Source: an uncultured bacterium (GTDB lineage Bacteria > Actinomycetota > Acidimicrobiia > Spongiisociales > UBA5794). From it: 64,000 nucleotides of DNA. The notes below the pieces were generated by a model, which ran no database searches, was not told where the DNA came from, and saw nothing but the letters and a program-made list of their open reading frames with translations. The position numbers and the translations under genes are program-made. This document shows, piece after piece, positions 20,973 through 30,937 of this stretch (positions are counted from its first letter, which is position 1; every line of letters starts with the position of its first letter). The stretch is taken from NCBI GenBank assembly GCA_963777645.1, contig CAVZRA010000004.1:141806-205805 (forward strand), given 5' to 3'.

Positions 20973-23346
20973 GCAGCACCTGAGCGATCTGCAGCCGGGC
21001 CGCCCTCCGGGACGGAGTGACTGCGAGCAGATTGACGGCTGCCAGCACCAATGGGATCAGTGCTGCCAGGACTAGCAACTCGCCGGGAGCAAGATAGAGA
21101 AGGGGGGTGCGTTCGGCGACGTACCGCCACACGATCCGCCCGAGAGCTACGCCGAGGGGGATCCCTACGACGAGGCCGACGAGGCCGAGGATGGTCGCCT
21201 GGGTGGCCACGATCAGCTGAGACTGACGCCGATTCATCCCGACTGCCCGCAGCACAGCCAGGTCGTGGCCACGTCGGCGGACGGCAGTGGTCAGGGCGTG
21301 CCCGACCGCGCCCAGGGCGAGCACCACCAGGAAAGCCGCCAGGAACACCGGTATGGCCCGGACCTGGCCTAGCTCGGCGACCTGCGTCGGTGTCTCCGGC
21401 GTGTCGAGCGGAAGGCCGAGGCCGGCGGTCCGCTCGCTGACAGCATCGAAGTCCGCACCGTCGCGCAGATCGACGAGGACGAAGTGAAACTTGTGCCCGT
21501 CGAATAGCGCGTGGTAGCCGTCTGCCGTGACCCATCCTCCCGAGTCATAACCGTTGTGGGGACCGGCGGGAACAAAAGCGATCCCAGAGACGGTCAGTTC
21601 TCGGGTCCCGAGTGTCCCGGTGAACAGAGCCTTGTCACCGACATCGAGCCCGGCGGCCTTGGCGGTAGTCGGGGCCAACGCAACCTCGTCGGTCCCGGCC
21701 GGAGTTCTGCCCGCGGTGAGCACGAGATCGATCGGCCGGTCGACCGGATCGATGGCGAAGAGGGACACCGCGACATCATTTACCTGGGCAACGTCCATAG
21801 GTGTGTCATTCACCGCTACCACGTCGGGGTCGGCGGCGACCGCGGGAAGGATCTCGCTCGTGTCGGCGAAGTCGAACCCGTTGTATCCGACAAAGCCTCC
21901 GGCCTCGTAGGTGATACCGAAGCGGTCCAGGTTGCCGACGGCGTCGCTGATCCCGTTCGACAGGGTGAGGGCAGCAAGTACGCCGAGCACGCCGATCGTG
22001 GCGCCGATCAGCGCCGGCCGTACCGGGATCGCAGCACGCCCGCGGCCCGGTTCAAGGGCGAAACGCGACCCGACGACGACAGGCACCGGCATCCCGGCCC
22101 GCACGGCTCCGGCCGCGACCGTGGATCGTCGCGGAGCCGCTTCGGTTGCGCGTCTGCGCAGCGTGGCGAATGCGATTGCTGCAGCTCCACCGATCGTCAG
22201 CACCATCGTCGCGGCGAGACCAAGGCCGAGCACGACAAGGTCAAGGCTCACTCCGGGCGCCGGCTCCAAGGTCGATGCCGTTCCGACCGGGAACCAGCGC
22301 GACGCCTCGACGGCCACAGCTGTGCCGATCATCCAGCCTGCGAAGCTCGCAACCGATGGGCCGAGTACTACGGCGGCTCGGGTTTCCACCGGGGTCATGC
22401 CTACAGCACGAAGGGGCTCGAGGTCTGCGAGAGTCGAAGTGACGTGGCGCACCACAGCCTGGCCGACGATGAAGAGAGCGGCGATGGCGGCGGCACAGGC
22501 GAAGACGGCGAGGCTGCTCGCCTCGAAGCCTGCCACCTCCCGAGTGTGCTGAGCGACCTCGGTCTCGTCCCAAACGTCAATGTCGTTGCGGCCGGTGATG
22601 CGAGCTAGATCCTCTTTGAATTCCGGAATGTCCGTCGCTCCGTCTTCGAGGCGGATGAGGGCGTTCACATAGCCCGAGTCCCGATGAGACCCGAGAAAAT
22701 TGTCCGTGTAGGCGTCGAACAGCGCCGGCGACGGGAAGATGAAACCAGGATCGTCGCCCGGGTTATCGGAGAACCAATAGGAGCGCACAACGCCGACGAT
22801 TGTGGTCTTGACGGTGGGTCCTTCCGGTGGCCCTGCGTCGCCCACCAAGAGGCTGTCGATCTGCTCCGGGGTGAACATGTGCAGGGTTACCGAGTCGCCG
22901 ACGCGCATCCCGTGTTTGCTGAGAAAGTGCGGGCTCACCACGACCTCGTCGACACGGGTCGGGTCGAGAACCCGGCCTTCGAGAACTATCGGTCGCTCTA
23001 TTCTGTCGAACACCTCTGTGTCCGTTGAGGGGAACCAAACTGATACGTTATCCTCGGCTGGTATCTCGTCGACCGTGTAGTTGGTGACGGCAAACCCGGT
23101 CAGGGCCGCCACCTCCGGTAGGTCTCGCACCGGCTTCCAATCGAATCCCGGCTCATTGGGGAGAGCGACGACAGTGGCGGGTAGTGTCTGGCTGAGTAGA
23201 CGGTCCAGCGCACTGTTGCCCCGCCGGGCACCCGCTAGGGCAGTCATCACCGTCCCGGATGCAAACGCAACCAGGAGCGTCAACACGAGTAGCGACCGCC
23301 ACCGCTGACGTAGATCGAGGCGGAACCAGGTCCAAACGGCAGTCAT
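20962..23346 (-). CDS. ABC transporter permease with two FtsX domains (BceB/10-TM type)
   Basis: 794 aa; two FtsX-like TM bundles separated by large extracytoplasmic regions; 4-nt overlap with the ATPase gene. Confidence 0.9.
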   Translation of the reverse strand: MTAVWTWFRLDLRQRWRSLLVLTLLVAFASGTVMTALAGARRGNSALDRLLSQTLPATVVALPNEPGFDWKPVRDLPEVAALTGFAVTNYTVDEIPAEDNVSVWFPSTDTEVFDRIERPIVLEGRVLDPTRVDEVVVSPHFLSKHGMRVGDSVTLHMFTPEQIDSLLVGDAGPPEGPTVKTTIVGVVRSYWFSDNPGDDPGFIFPSPALFDAYTDNFLGSHRDSGYVNALIRLEDGATDIPEFKEDLARITGRNDIDVWDETEVAQHTREVAGFEASSLAVFACAAAIAALFIVGQAVVRHVTSTLADLEPLRAVGMTPVETRAAVVLGPSVASFAGWMIGTAVAVEASRWFPVGTASTLEPAPGVSLDLVVLGLGLAATMVLTIGGAAAIAFATLRRRATEAAPRRSTVAAGAVRAGMPVPVVVGSRFALEPGRGRAAIPVRPALIGATIGVLGVLAALTLSNGISDAVGNLDRFGITYEAGGFVGYNGFDFADTSEILPAVAADPDVVAVNDTPMDVAQVNDVAVSLFAIDPVDRPIDLVLTAGRTPAGTDEVALAPTTAKAAGLDVGDKALFTGTLGTRELTVSGIAFVPAGPHNGYDSGGWVTADGYHALFDGHKFHFVLVDLRDGADFDAVSERTAGLGLPLDTPETPTQVAELGQVRAIPVFLAAFLVVLALGAVGHALTTAVRRRGHDLAVLRAVGMNRRQSQLIVATQATILGLVGLVVGIPLGVALGRIVWRYVAERTPLLYLAPGELLVLAALIPLVLAAVNLLAVTPSRRAARLQIAQVLRAE

Positions 23347-24047
23347 TCGGCGTTGCCAACATCGCGGGCAGCGGGACCACCGTTCAGGATCCGGCCGTCG
23401 GTCATCCGCACCACGCGGCTCGCACCCGCGGCAACATCACGCGAATGGGTCACGAGGAGGATCGTCTGCCCGTCTTGATGGAGCCGTCGGAACAACTCGA
23501 GGACCTCAGCCCCGCCTTCGCTGTCCAGGGCACCGGTAGGCTCGTCGGCAAGGAGGACGGACGGCTCGTTCACCAGTGCTCGGGCGATTGCAAGGCGCTG
23601 TCTTTGGCCGCCCGAGAGGGATGCAGGCAGCTGTTCGGTTCGGTCGCCGAGACCAAGCAGATCGAGCAGGTCCCGGGCACGCGATTCGGCCGTCCGGCGG
23701 GTCATCCCGCCGAGCATGCCGGGGAGGGCGATGTTGTCCAGCGCAGACATGCCCTCGAGCAGGTTGAAGAACTGGAATACGATTCCGACGTGGTGGCGGC
23801 GGAACTCGGCGAGCCATCGCTCCTCACGACCGGTGATTACGAGATCGTCGACCGCGACTTCCCCCTCGTCGGCGGTGTCGAGGCCGGCGAAGATATTCAA
23901 CAGGGTGGACTTGCCGCATCCGGACGGGCCCATGAGCGCCACGAATTCGCCGCGCTTGACTTCGAGATCAACGCCCCTCAGGGCCCGGACCGGGGCCAGT
24001 TCTGCCGCAAATGTACGCCGTACACCGGTGGCACTCAACGCTGTCAC
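23343..24047 (-). CDS. ABC transporter ATP-binding protein
   Basis: GTG 24047 preceded by GGAGGAGG (ORF-track start 24158 is an alternative); GPSGCGKST, LSGGQRQR, LLADEPT. Confidence 0.9.
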   Translation of the reverse strand: MTALSATGVRRTFAAELAPVRALRGVDLEVKRGEFVALMGPSGCGKSTLLNIFAGLDTADEGEVAVDDLVITGREERWLAEFRRHHVGIVFQFFNLLEGMSALDNIALPGMLGGMTRRTAESRARDLLDLLGLGDRTEQLPASLSGGQRQRLAIARALVNEPSVLLADEPTGALDSEGGAEVLELFRRLHQDGQTILLVTHSRDVAAGASRVVRMTDGRILNGGPAARDVGNAE

Positions 24048-24154
24048 GATATCCTCCTCCAGCGGACGATCATCGTGCCCCCGCGTGGAATTGGCAAGGG
24101 TCTCGTCGGTCTGGCGGAGATCATGCGGCGCAGGGCGTCCTCTCCTTGCCGGGG

Positions 24155-25150
24155 TCAAGCCTCCTCCTTGCGGTGGGTCGATGCAATAGCAGCCAGCGCG
24201 GCGTCGTCTACGGTTATGGCTCGCTGTACTGCGACCCGGGCCGCGGTTCGAGCTCGCACGGTGGCGGACCGCACGCCACCCTCGAGAATCGCCCGCTCGC
24301 CGACAATGGCGCCGGGCCCGACCTCGGCGACCGTCTTCCCATCGACGTCGACGTCGAAGACGCCGTCAATGACAAGGTACAACTCGTCGCCGGGCTCGCC
24401 CTGGACCGTGATGGTTTCGTCGGGCTTCACGTCTCGGAACCTGGGTTTCGATTGCATCAAGTCTTTGGAGTACTCGCGTTCCGTCGGGCTGGCAACCTCG
24501 GCCACGAGCGGGGTGTGCTCCACCCCGTGCCATGGCGAGCGTGCATGGTCATGGATCCTGGTCCATGTTTTCCAGTCGGTAGTCGCCGTCTTCATCGCTA
24601 GATCACCGTTGTCGTCGTAGATCCACTGCCGGGGGAACGGCGATGCGCCAGAGAGCTCGAAGGACGATGTGCCGCCTGCCGTGATCTCGAGGGTCAGAGT
24701 GGACCATGCAGTCGGTCCACTGATCCGCACGAACGGCGGGCGATCGATACGCCGCGGCAACGGGGCCCCGGTGCGTCCCCCGGCCGTCTGAGTGAACTGG
24801 GCGCTTCCGTTCGTGACAACCGGGGGCTGCTGGATACACCGGGTAGGCAACACCGGGGAAGGTGACCTTGAGGGGACCGATGCCTGCGGTGGTTGAGCCA
24901 ACGATGCCCGTCCCCGAGTATCCGGCGTCGACGATCTTCGTCACCATCCACGTCGATCCATGCCGAGAGGCGATTGGCGAACCGGATGGCGTCGTCTCTG
25001 ATGAGTCCTGCCAGGACATCGTCGTCGACGAAATCGGGGGGCGGCGGGATCGTAGTGACCAACCCCGATATCGATCGGGAGCCTCATCATCCCCTTGATC
25101 GCTTCTGATGGGATCCAGCCGAGAGCCGTGACCGTCGATTCGTATCGCAT
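24155..25150 (-). pseudogene. cyclic nucleotide-binding domain protein with conserved N-terminal domain of unknown function; three frameshifts
   Basis: GGAGGAGG RBS before ATG 25150 (MRYESTVTALGWIPSEAIKG..HYD). Continues as PPPPDFVDDDVLAGLIRDDAIRFANRLSAW, then KIVDAGYSGTGIVGSTTAGIGPLKVTFPGV, then the 24155..24901 frame ending in a cNMP domain (GEPGDELYLVIDG..GERAILEGGVRSATV). Confidence 0.7.
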
Positions 25151-25306
25151 TGTTACCTCCTCCGGCGTGAGTACACAGCCCACTGTCCCTCACGCACCGT
25201 CGGGTTGCGATGGTGTGACCAGGCAACATGAGGTGTGGGAAACCCCACCCCGGATCGACGGGCCTCCATCCTGGCGGGTCGGTGATCCTCGTCCCACTAT
25301 GGCTGT

Positions 25307-26612
25307 ATGACCATCTCGGTTTTCCTGGCCGACGACAACCTGCTGGTGCGCGAGGGAGTGGCTGCGCTCATCGCCCTTGCCGACGACATCGAGATCGTCG
25401 GCCTCGCCGGTGACTTCGACGGACTTGTCGAGGGAGCGACGGCAACGGCGCCCCAGGTTGTGGTCACCGACATCCGGATGCCACCCGACTTCATGAGGGA
25501 AGGAATCGAGGCCGCCAAGATCGTACGCAAGGCACATCCTGGAACCGGGATCGTCATCCTCTCTCAGTACGACGACCCGGAATACGCAGTGGCGCTTCTG
25601 TCTGAGGGAGCCGCCGGGTATGCGTATCTGCTGAAGGATCGTGTCGCCGAAGGAAACCAGCTGGTCCGGGCGATTCGCGAGGTAGCTACCGGCGGCTCGA
25701 TGCTCGACCCCAAGATCGTTGAGGCCCTTACCCGACCGGTGAACAGGGATGGCCTCCTCAACGTTGATGAAGAACGCCTCCTGAAGCATATTGCGGAGGG
25801 GACCCCGATCAAGGGCATCGCGGTTGCGATGAAGACGACCGCAGCGGACGTAGATGCCCGGATAGAGGCCCTCTTTGTGAAGCTGGCTGCAGGCGTGTCG
25901 GCGGGAAGCCGTGCCGCAGTGGAGCAGCTGCGTAGCCTGCAGCGGGCAATTGCCCTCCGCGAAGAGCAGGGTGAAGAGCTGTCCCGGCTTCTCCCGGGCG
26001 GTATTGCGGAGAGGCTCAAACAAGGCGGCCGCCGGATCGGCGAGACCGAGGAGCTGGACGTCACTGTGCTGATGTCGGATATCCGCGGGTATTCAGGCAT
26101 CGCGGAGAGGGCTGCCCCTACCCAGCTGGCCGGCCAGCTCAACCGTCATCGAGCCGAGATGAACAAGGCGATTCTCAGCCACGGCGGCACAGTGATGCAG
26201 TTCGTTGGTGATGCCGTGATGGCCGTGTTCGGAGCGCCCGATCCGGACCCGGATCACGCCGAGCACGCCGTCGCCGCCGCTATCGACATGCACAAAGCAC
26301 AGGCACTGGTCAATGCCGCGTGGCAGACGGAGGGTCTCGATGCGTTCGGCCTCGGCATCGGGTTATCGAGCGGACCGGTTGCCGCCGCATTGCTCGGATC
26401 AGAAGAGCGTGTCGAGTACACCCTGGTCGGCGATACCGTCAACCTCGCCCAGCGGCTGCAGCAGTGGGGTGAGCCGGGGGAGACAGTCCTCAGCGAAGCG
26501 ACCCATGCCGGTCTCGAGGACACCACCGGAGTGCGACGTGATCGAGCCAGCCCTGGTGAAAGGTCGTGAGTCGGCGGTAGGGGCCTATAGGTTCCCACCC
26601 CGTGGTCGGTGA
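25307..26612 (+). CDS. response regulator receiver + LuxR-like HTH segment + class III adenylate/guanylate cyclase; C-terminal frameshift near 26530
   Basis: REC (VVVTDIRMPP); HTH-like EERLLKHIAEGTPIKGIAVAM; cyclase (VLMSDIRGYS, FVGDAVMAVFGAP, GDTVNLAQRLQ). The ORF stops at 26569, but the canonical end ..IEPALVKGRESAVGAYRF is in the ORF 26313..26612 frame. Confidence 0.8.
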
Positions 26613-26645
26613 GTGGTGAGTCTTCGAGTCCGAGCGCATGGGTAC

Positions 26646-27053
26646 CTATGAGTCTGCGTCTGCCTCCAACAGTGCCGCAAGGCTGTGCGGCCCGAAGTCG
26701 GATTTCGAAATGAAAGCAATCGCCCCTGCATTCAGTGCCGGTGTCTCGTACTCCTCGGCGTGGTACGTCGAAAGCACAATCACCTTCATGCCGTCGTGGG
26801 CAGCGGTGAGCCGACGGGTTGCTTCGAGACCGTCGATGCCAGGCATCTGCACGTCCATCAACACCAGGTCGGGAGCCAGCTCGTCTGCCATGGCGAGGCC
26901 GGACTCTCCGTCGTGGGCCTCTCCTGCTACCTCGAAGCCGTCCGTCAACTCCACAACCATGCGAAGGGCAGCACGGAACGGCGCCTGGTCATCGACGATG
27001 AGGACACGGATCGGGCGTTTGGCAATGGTCACGATGGCATCGTCTCCCACCAA
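26646..27053 (-). CDS. single-domain response regulator (REC only)
   Basis: 135 aa; IRVLIVDDQAPFR..DLVLMDVQMPGIDGLEA..VIVLSTY; start uncertain (TTG 27053, GTG 27032). Confidence 0.85.
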   Translation of the reverse strand: MVGDDAIVTIAKRPIRVLIVDDQAPFRAALRMVVELTDGFEVAGEAHDGESGLAMADELAPDLVLMDVQMPGIDGLEATRRLTAAHDGMKVIVLSTYHAEEYETPALNAGAIAFISKSDFGPHSLAALLEADADS

Positions 27054-27105
27054 GCCGATCGCGGGAAGGAGGCGGGCATGTTTGTCACGGTGGGGTTTTC
27101 CACAC

Positions 27106-27789
27106 CTACCCCTGTTCGGCGAGGTACATCATCACTGCAATCACACGACGGTTGGTGCTGCGTTCGGGCATGAGATCGAGCTTCATGAATATCGAATTGA
27201 TGTGTTTCTCAACGGCTCGTTCCGACAGGTACAAAGCATCGGCGATTGCAGCATTGCTCTTGCCGGTCGCCAACTCTGCCATCACCTCGGATTCCCTCGG
27301 GCTGAGACGGTGGAGCTTGGATTCCTTGCGTTTCAGCCGGGCATCGACGAGGGCATCCACGACCTTGGGATCGATCATCGAGCCACCATTGCAGACGTAG
27401 CTGATGGCGTCCTCGAGCTGGCTGATGTCTGCGACCCGTTCTTTAAGGAGATAGGCGAGGCCGGCGGACCCGCCCTCGAGCAGGCCGAGGGCGTACTCAG
27501 GTTCCACGTACTGGGACAAAACGACCACCCCAACTTCGGGATGGGTGGTCTTGATATGCCTTGCGGCCCTGATGCCCTCATCCGTCCTCGTGGGCGGCAT
27601 GCGAATGTCGGTGATGACTACGTCGGGAGTAGCGGCGTCGACAGCGTCGACGAGCTCATCGTATGTCTCGGCGATGGCCAGGATCTCGTAACCAGCTCCC
27701 TCCAGGAGCATTCGGATCCCCTCACGGACGATGAAGCTGTCCTCCGCAAGCACGATTGTCGTTGTCACCGGCCACACGATAGACCGCAT
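27106..27789 (-). CDS. NarL/LuxR-family response regulator
   Basis: REC (VVITDIRMPP) plus LuxR HTH (LSPRESEVMAELATGKSNAAIADALYLSERAVEKHINSIFMKL); ATG 27789 or GTG 27768. Confidence 0.9.
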   Translation of the reverse strand: MRSIVWPVTTTIVLAEDSFIVREGIRMLLEGAGYEILAIAETYDELVDAVDAATPDVVITDIRMPPTRTDEGIRAARHIKTTHPEVGVVVLSQYVEPEYALGLLEGGSAGLAYLLKERVADISQLEDAISYVCNGGSMIDPKVVDALVDARLKRKESKLHRLSPRESEVMAELATGKSNAAIADALYLSERAVEKHINSIFMKLDLMPERSTNRRVIAVMMYLAEQG

Positions 27790-27848
27790 GGGCCGCGGGC
27801 CGGGTGTGGTGAGCAGGCATGTGATCGCCGATCTGGATGGGGGCCGCG

Positions 27849-28676
27849 ATGCAGCTGACACTCCTCGGAACGCGCGGATCGATACCCACACCGGGAGCGA
27901 GATTCATCAGATACGGAGGCAATACCTCATGTGTCGCAGTTGCGCGGGACGGTGAGCTACCCACGTTGTTGCTCGACGCCGGGTCCGGACTGGCGACCAC
28001 TGGCCCGCTGTTCGAGGCGGAGCCGTTCCGGGGGTCGATTCTTCTCGGCCACCTCCATTGGGATCATGTATACGGGCTTCCATTCTTCGGCGCAGGGGAT
28101 CGTCCCGGCTCCCGGGTTCGGGTGTTCCTCCCCGCACAGGGTGATCCGTATGAGGCCCTGGCTCGCCCGCTTTCACCTCCCGCGTTTCCCATCGATGCGC
28201 GAGGGCTGCGAGGTGATTGGATTGTGAGCGGGGTCGACCCGGGGGCGTTCGAGACGGAAGGCTTCACGGTGCTTGCCGCGGAGATCCCGCACAAGGGGGG
28301 CCGAACCTTCGGATATCGGGTCGAGGATGGAGTCAGATCGATTGCGTATTTGTCGGACCACAGTCCGACGGATCTCGGCAGGGGACCGGATGGCATCGGC
28401 GAATACCACGAAGCTGCCCTGGCACTCGCCGCCGGGGCCGATCTCCTCATCCACGATGCGCAGTACACGCCGGCAGAGCTCGTCGAGAAGATCGATTGGG
28501 GGCACTGTTCGTATCGATATCCGATCGAGCTGGCGCGGCGGGCGGGAGCGAGACGTACGCTGCTGTTTCACCACGATCCCGGTCACGATGACGAAACACT
28601 CGATGTCATCGCGGGCCTCGTCGCCGAGGAGCAGGATGTATCTCTCGCCGTCGAGGGGACCGTGGTCGATCTGTAG
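27849..28676 (+). CDS. MBL-fold metallo-hydrolase
   Basis: MQLTLLGTRGS.., HLHWDH motif, ..LLFHHDPGHDD. Confidence 0.85.
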   Translation: MQLTLLGTRGSIPTPGARFIRYGGNTSCVAVARDGELPTLLLDAGSGLATTGPLFEAEPFRGSILLGHLHWDHVYGLPFFGAGDRPGSRVRVFLPAQGDPYEALARPLSPPAFPIDARGLRGDWIVSGVDPGAFETEGFTVLAAEIPHKGGRTFGYRVEDGVRSIAYLSDHSPTDLGRGPDGIGEYHEAALALAAGADLLIHDAQYTPAELVEKIDWGHCSYRYPIELARRAGARRTLLFHHDPGHDDETLDVIAGLVAEEQDVSLAVEGTVVDL

Positions 28677-28708
28677 CTTCTGGTAGAACCAGGTGAGGAG
28701 TTTCGACA

Positions 28709-29086
28709 ATGGACGGACCAGAACATGTCAGTGAGCGGCTGGTATCCCTGCTGAACGCGGGCGACATCGATGCCGTACTGGCGCTCTACGAGGACGATGC
28801 GGTGTTTGCAGATCTGGGAGGGTCGGTACGGGGACTCGAAGCGATTGGCGAGGCACATCGGGAGTTCTTCGAGTCAGGCTACGTTCTGAGCCTGAACCAC
28901 CCCGCTGTCTTCGAATCCGGTGACATCGCCCTCGTCCACTGGTCGTGGACGGTGACACGTCCAGACGGGTCACCGATCGAGGGTGTCAGCGCCGAGGTAC
29001 TACGGCGCCAACCCGATGGGCAGTGGAAGTACGTCATCGACAATTCGGATGGGGCCGCGGTGATTGGATCCGGCACGCACCCATGA
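28709..29086 (+). CDS. SnoaL-like/NTF2-fold (DUF4440-type) protein
   Basis: 125 aa; ..LLNAGDIDAVLALYEDDAVF.., ..RRQPDGQWKYVIDN. Confidence 0.8.
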   Translation: MDGPEHVSERLVSLLNAGDIDAVLALYEDDAVFADLGGSVRGLEAIGEAHREFFESGYVLSLNHPAVFESGDIALVHWSWTVTRPDGSPIEGVSAEVLRRQPDGQWKYVIDNSDGAAVIGSGTHP

Positions 29087-29098
29087 CGACGGGACGAT

Positions 29099-30496
29099 TC
29101 AGCCCCGATCTCGAACGGCAGCTCGCGCCGCGTGATAGCCGCACATGCCGTGCACGCCGGCACCAGGTGGGGTCACAGACGAACAGAGATAGACCCGCTC
29201 ACCAAGCCGATAGTGCCGCGAGGCACCGAGACCGAGGAACCGTCTCGTGGTGAGTGCCCCGCCGGCGATGTTGCCACCGACGTAGTTGGGGTTGTACACC
29301 TCGTAGGCAGACGTACCCATCGTGTGCCGGGCGAGGATGCGGTCCCGAAAGCCAGGTGCGAAGCGCTCGATCTGAGCCTCTATCGCGTCCGTCATGTCGA
29401 CGTTCGAGCCCGACGGCACGTGGCAGTACCCCCAGAGCGTTTGATTTCCGGCCGGGGCTCGATCCGGGTCGAACAGCGACTGCTGGGCAACAAGCACGAA
29501 TGGCCGTTGCGGATGCTCGCCACGCTGCACCTGGCGCTCCGAAGCGGCTATTTCTGCGAAGGTGCCGCCGACGTGGACCGTTCCCGCAGAACCGCTGTGG
29601 TCATCCCGCCAGGGGACCGGGCCATCGAGAGCCCAGTCGATCTTGAACACACCCGGCCCGGACCGCCACGACCGCATGCGGCGGCGTGTTGCTGTGGTCA
29701 TCTCGGTGCCGGCGATCTCGTCAGCGGCCGGCGGCATGACATCGAGCATGACGACCGCATCATGGGGTAATTCCGCGATAGATCGGATCGTCCTTCCCGT
29801 TTCGATCTCTCCTCCCGAAGCGAGGATGGTCCCGGCCATGAGCTCGGCGATGCGCTGGGAACCGCCGCGAACGAGAGGCCATCCACCGCTGTGCACCGTT
29901 GTCGCAAACGTCCCGGCGACCGCACCGGTGAACGGTGTCGACATGGACGCAATGGAGTGAGCGGCGAGCCCGGCAATGATTGCTCTGGCCTCTTGAGTGC
30001 GGAACGTCTTTGCGAGCACGCTGGCGGGCACGGCACCAAGGATGGCGAGCCTCCCCAGGCCCAATATGTCCCCCGGGATCGGCCTTATCGGCGCCAGGAC
30101 CCGGTTCATCAAGGCATCCGACCTTGCCACCATCGGCCCGATGAGCCGTCTGTAGATGGATCCGTCTGCGCCGAGGCCCCGTACCGTCGCGTCAAGGTCG
30201 TGGTGCAGCACTCCGACCCGTCCATCATCGAGCGGGTGCGTCACAGGCACCGTTGGGTGAATCCAGTCGATCGGGTCGAGGGACCGGAAGAACGGTGATG
30301 CCGCGCCAAAGGGATGGATGGCGGAGCAGACGTCATGGATGAAGCCAGGAAGGGTGAGCTCGGCGGTCCGGGTGCCCCCGCCGATGGAATCGGAACTCTC
30401 GACTACCAGCACTCGACGGCCGGACCGGGTCAGCTCTACTGCCGCTGCCAGCCCATTCGGCCCTGAACCGACCACCACCGCATCAAAATTATCCAT
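29099..30496 (-). CDS. NAD(P)/FAD-dependent oxidoreductase, phytoene desaturase (CrtI)-like family
   Basis: ATG 30496: MDNFDAVVVGSGPNGLAAAVEL dinucleotide fold; C-terminal ..YLCSSVTPPGAGVHGMCG. Confidence 0.9.
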   Translation of the reverse strand: MDNFDAVVVGSGPNGLAAAVELTRSGRRVLVVESSDSIGGGTRTAELTLPGFIHDVCSAIHPFGAASPFFRSLDPIDWIHPTVPVTHPLDDGRVGVLHHDLDATVRGLGADGSIYRRLIGPMVARSDALMNRVLAPIRPIPGDILGLGRLAILGAVPASVLAKTFRTQEARAIIAGLAAHSIASMSTPFTGAVAGTFATTVHSGGWPLVRGGSQRIAELMAGTILASGGEIETGRTIRSIAELPHDAVVMLDVMPPAADEIAGTEMTTATRRRMRSWRSGPGVFKIDWALDGPVPWRDDHSGSAGTVHVGGTFAEIAASERQVQRGEHPQRPFVLVAQQSLFDPDRAPAGNQTLWGYCHVPSGSNVDMTDAIEAQIERFAPGFRDRILARHTMGTSAYEVYNPNYVGGNIAGGALTTRRFLGLGASRHYRLGERVYLCSSVTPPGAGVHGMCGYHAARAAVRDRG

Positions 30497-30600
30497 GGGC
30501 TGATTCTGCCACCGCCAATCTGTGACTGACACGGCGAGCACTACTGCAGCGTCTTCACGGCAATCACTCCTACCTCTGGGCGTCCACCGGACGCAGCCCG

Positions 30601-30725
30601 GGCGACACCGGCCAGTACACCGGGCTGGCCAACCCGAGCGACACCCCTTTCCCGATCATCCAGGGTCACTATATCCTCGGCGAGATCGCCGAAACGGCCG
30701 CCCCTATCCGCGACCACGGCGGGAC
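30601..30725 (+). pseudogene. internal fragment of a zinc-type alcohol dehydrogenase paralogue (copy of part of 35429..36586)
   Basis: By manual alignment about 113 of 125 nt match 35589..35713. Reads GDTGQYTGLANPSDTPFPIIQGHYILGEIAETAAPIRDHGG and then runs into a stop. Weaker similarity extends back to about 30558. Confidence 0.6.
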
Positions 30726-30937
30726 GTCGACTGCCCTGACAACAGAGCCGCCATGAAGGTCGCCGCGAAGATCGGCAACCTGATCGGCGCCCGGTCGCAG
30801 ACTATGCCAGCGATCGAGCGCGACTTCCTCCGGCTATCAGCCGAGCTGTAGATCGTACGTCGATCTCGATCACGCCATTGCTGTCGGCCGTGAAGATCAA
30901 GGTGTGGCACCAGCTCGCCATCGCCGGGCGAACCCGG

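Noticed and set aside
21511-22608. 365-aa plus-strand ORF
   Set aside because: Antisense shadow of the double-FtsX permease gene.
23259-24620. 453-aa plus-strand ORF
   Set aside because: Antisense to the ABC ATPase and cNMP-binding genes; low-complexity Arg/Gly/Ala sequence.
26638-27858. 406-aa plus-strand ORF
   Set aside because: Antisense to two clear response-regulator genes.
30726-30851. Short frame reading MKVAAKIGNLIGARSQTMPAIERDFLRLSAEL after the ADH fragment
   Set aside because: It might be another gene remnant, but I cannot assign it to a family with any confidence.
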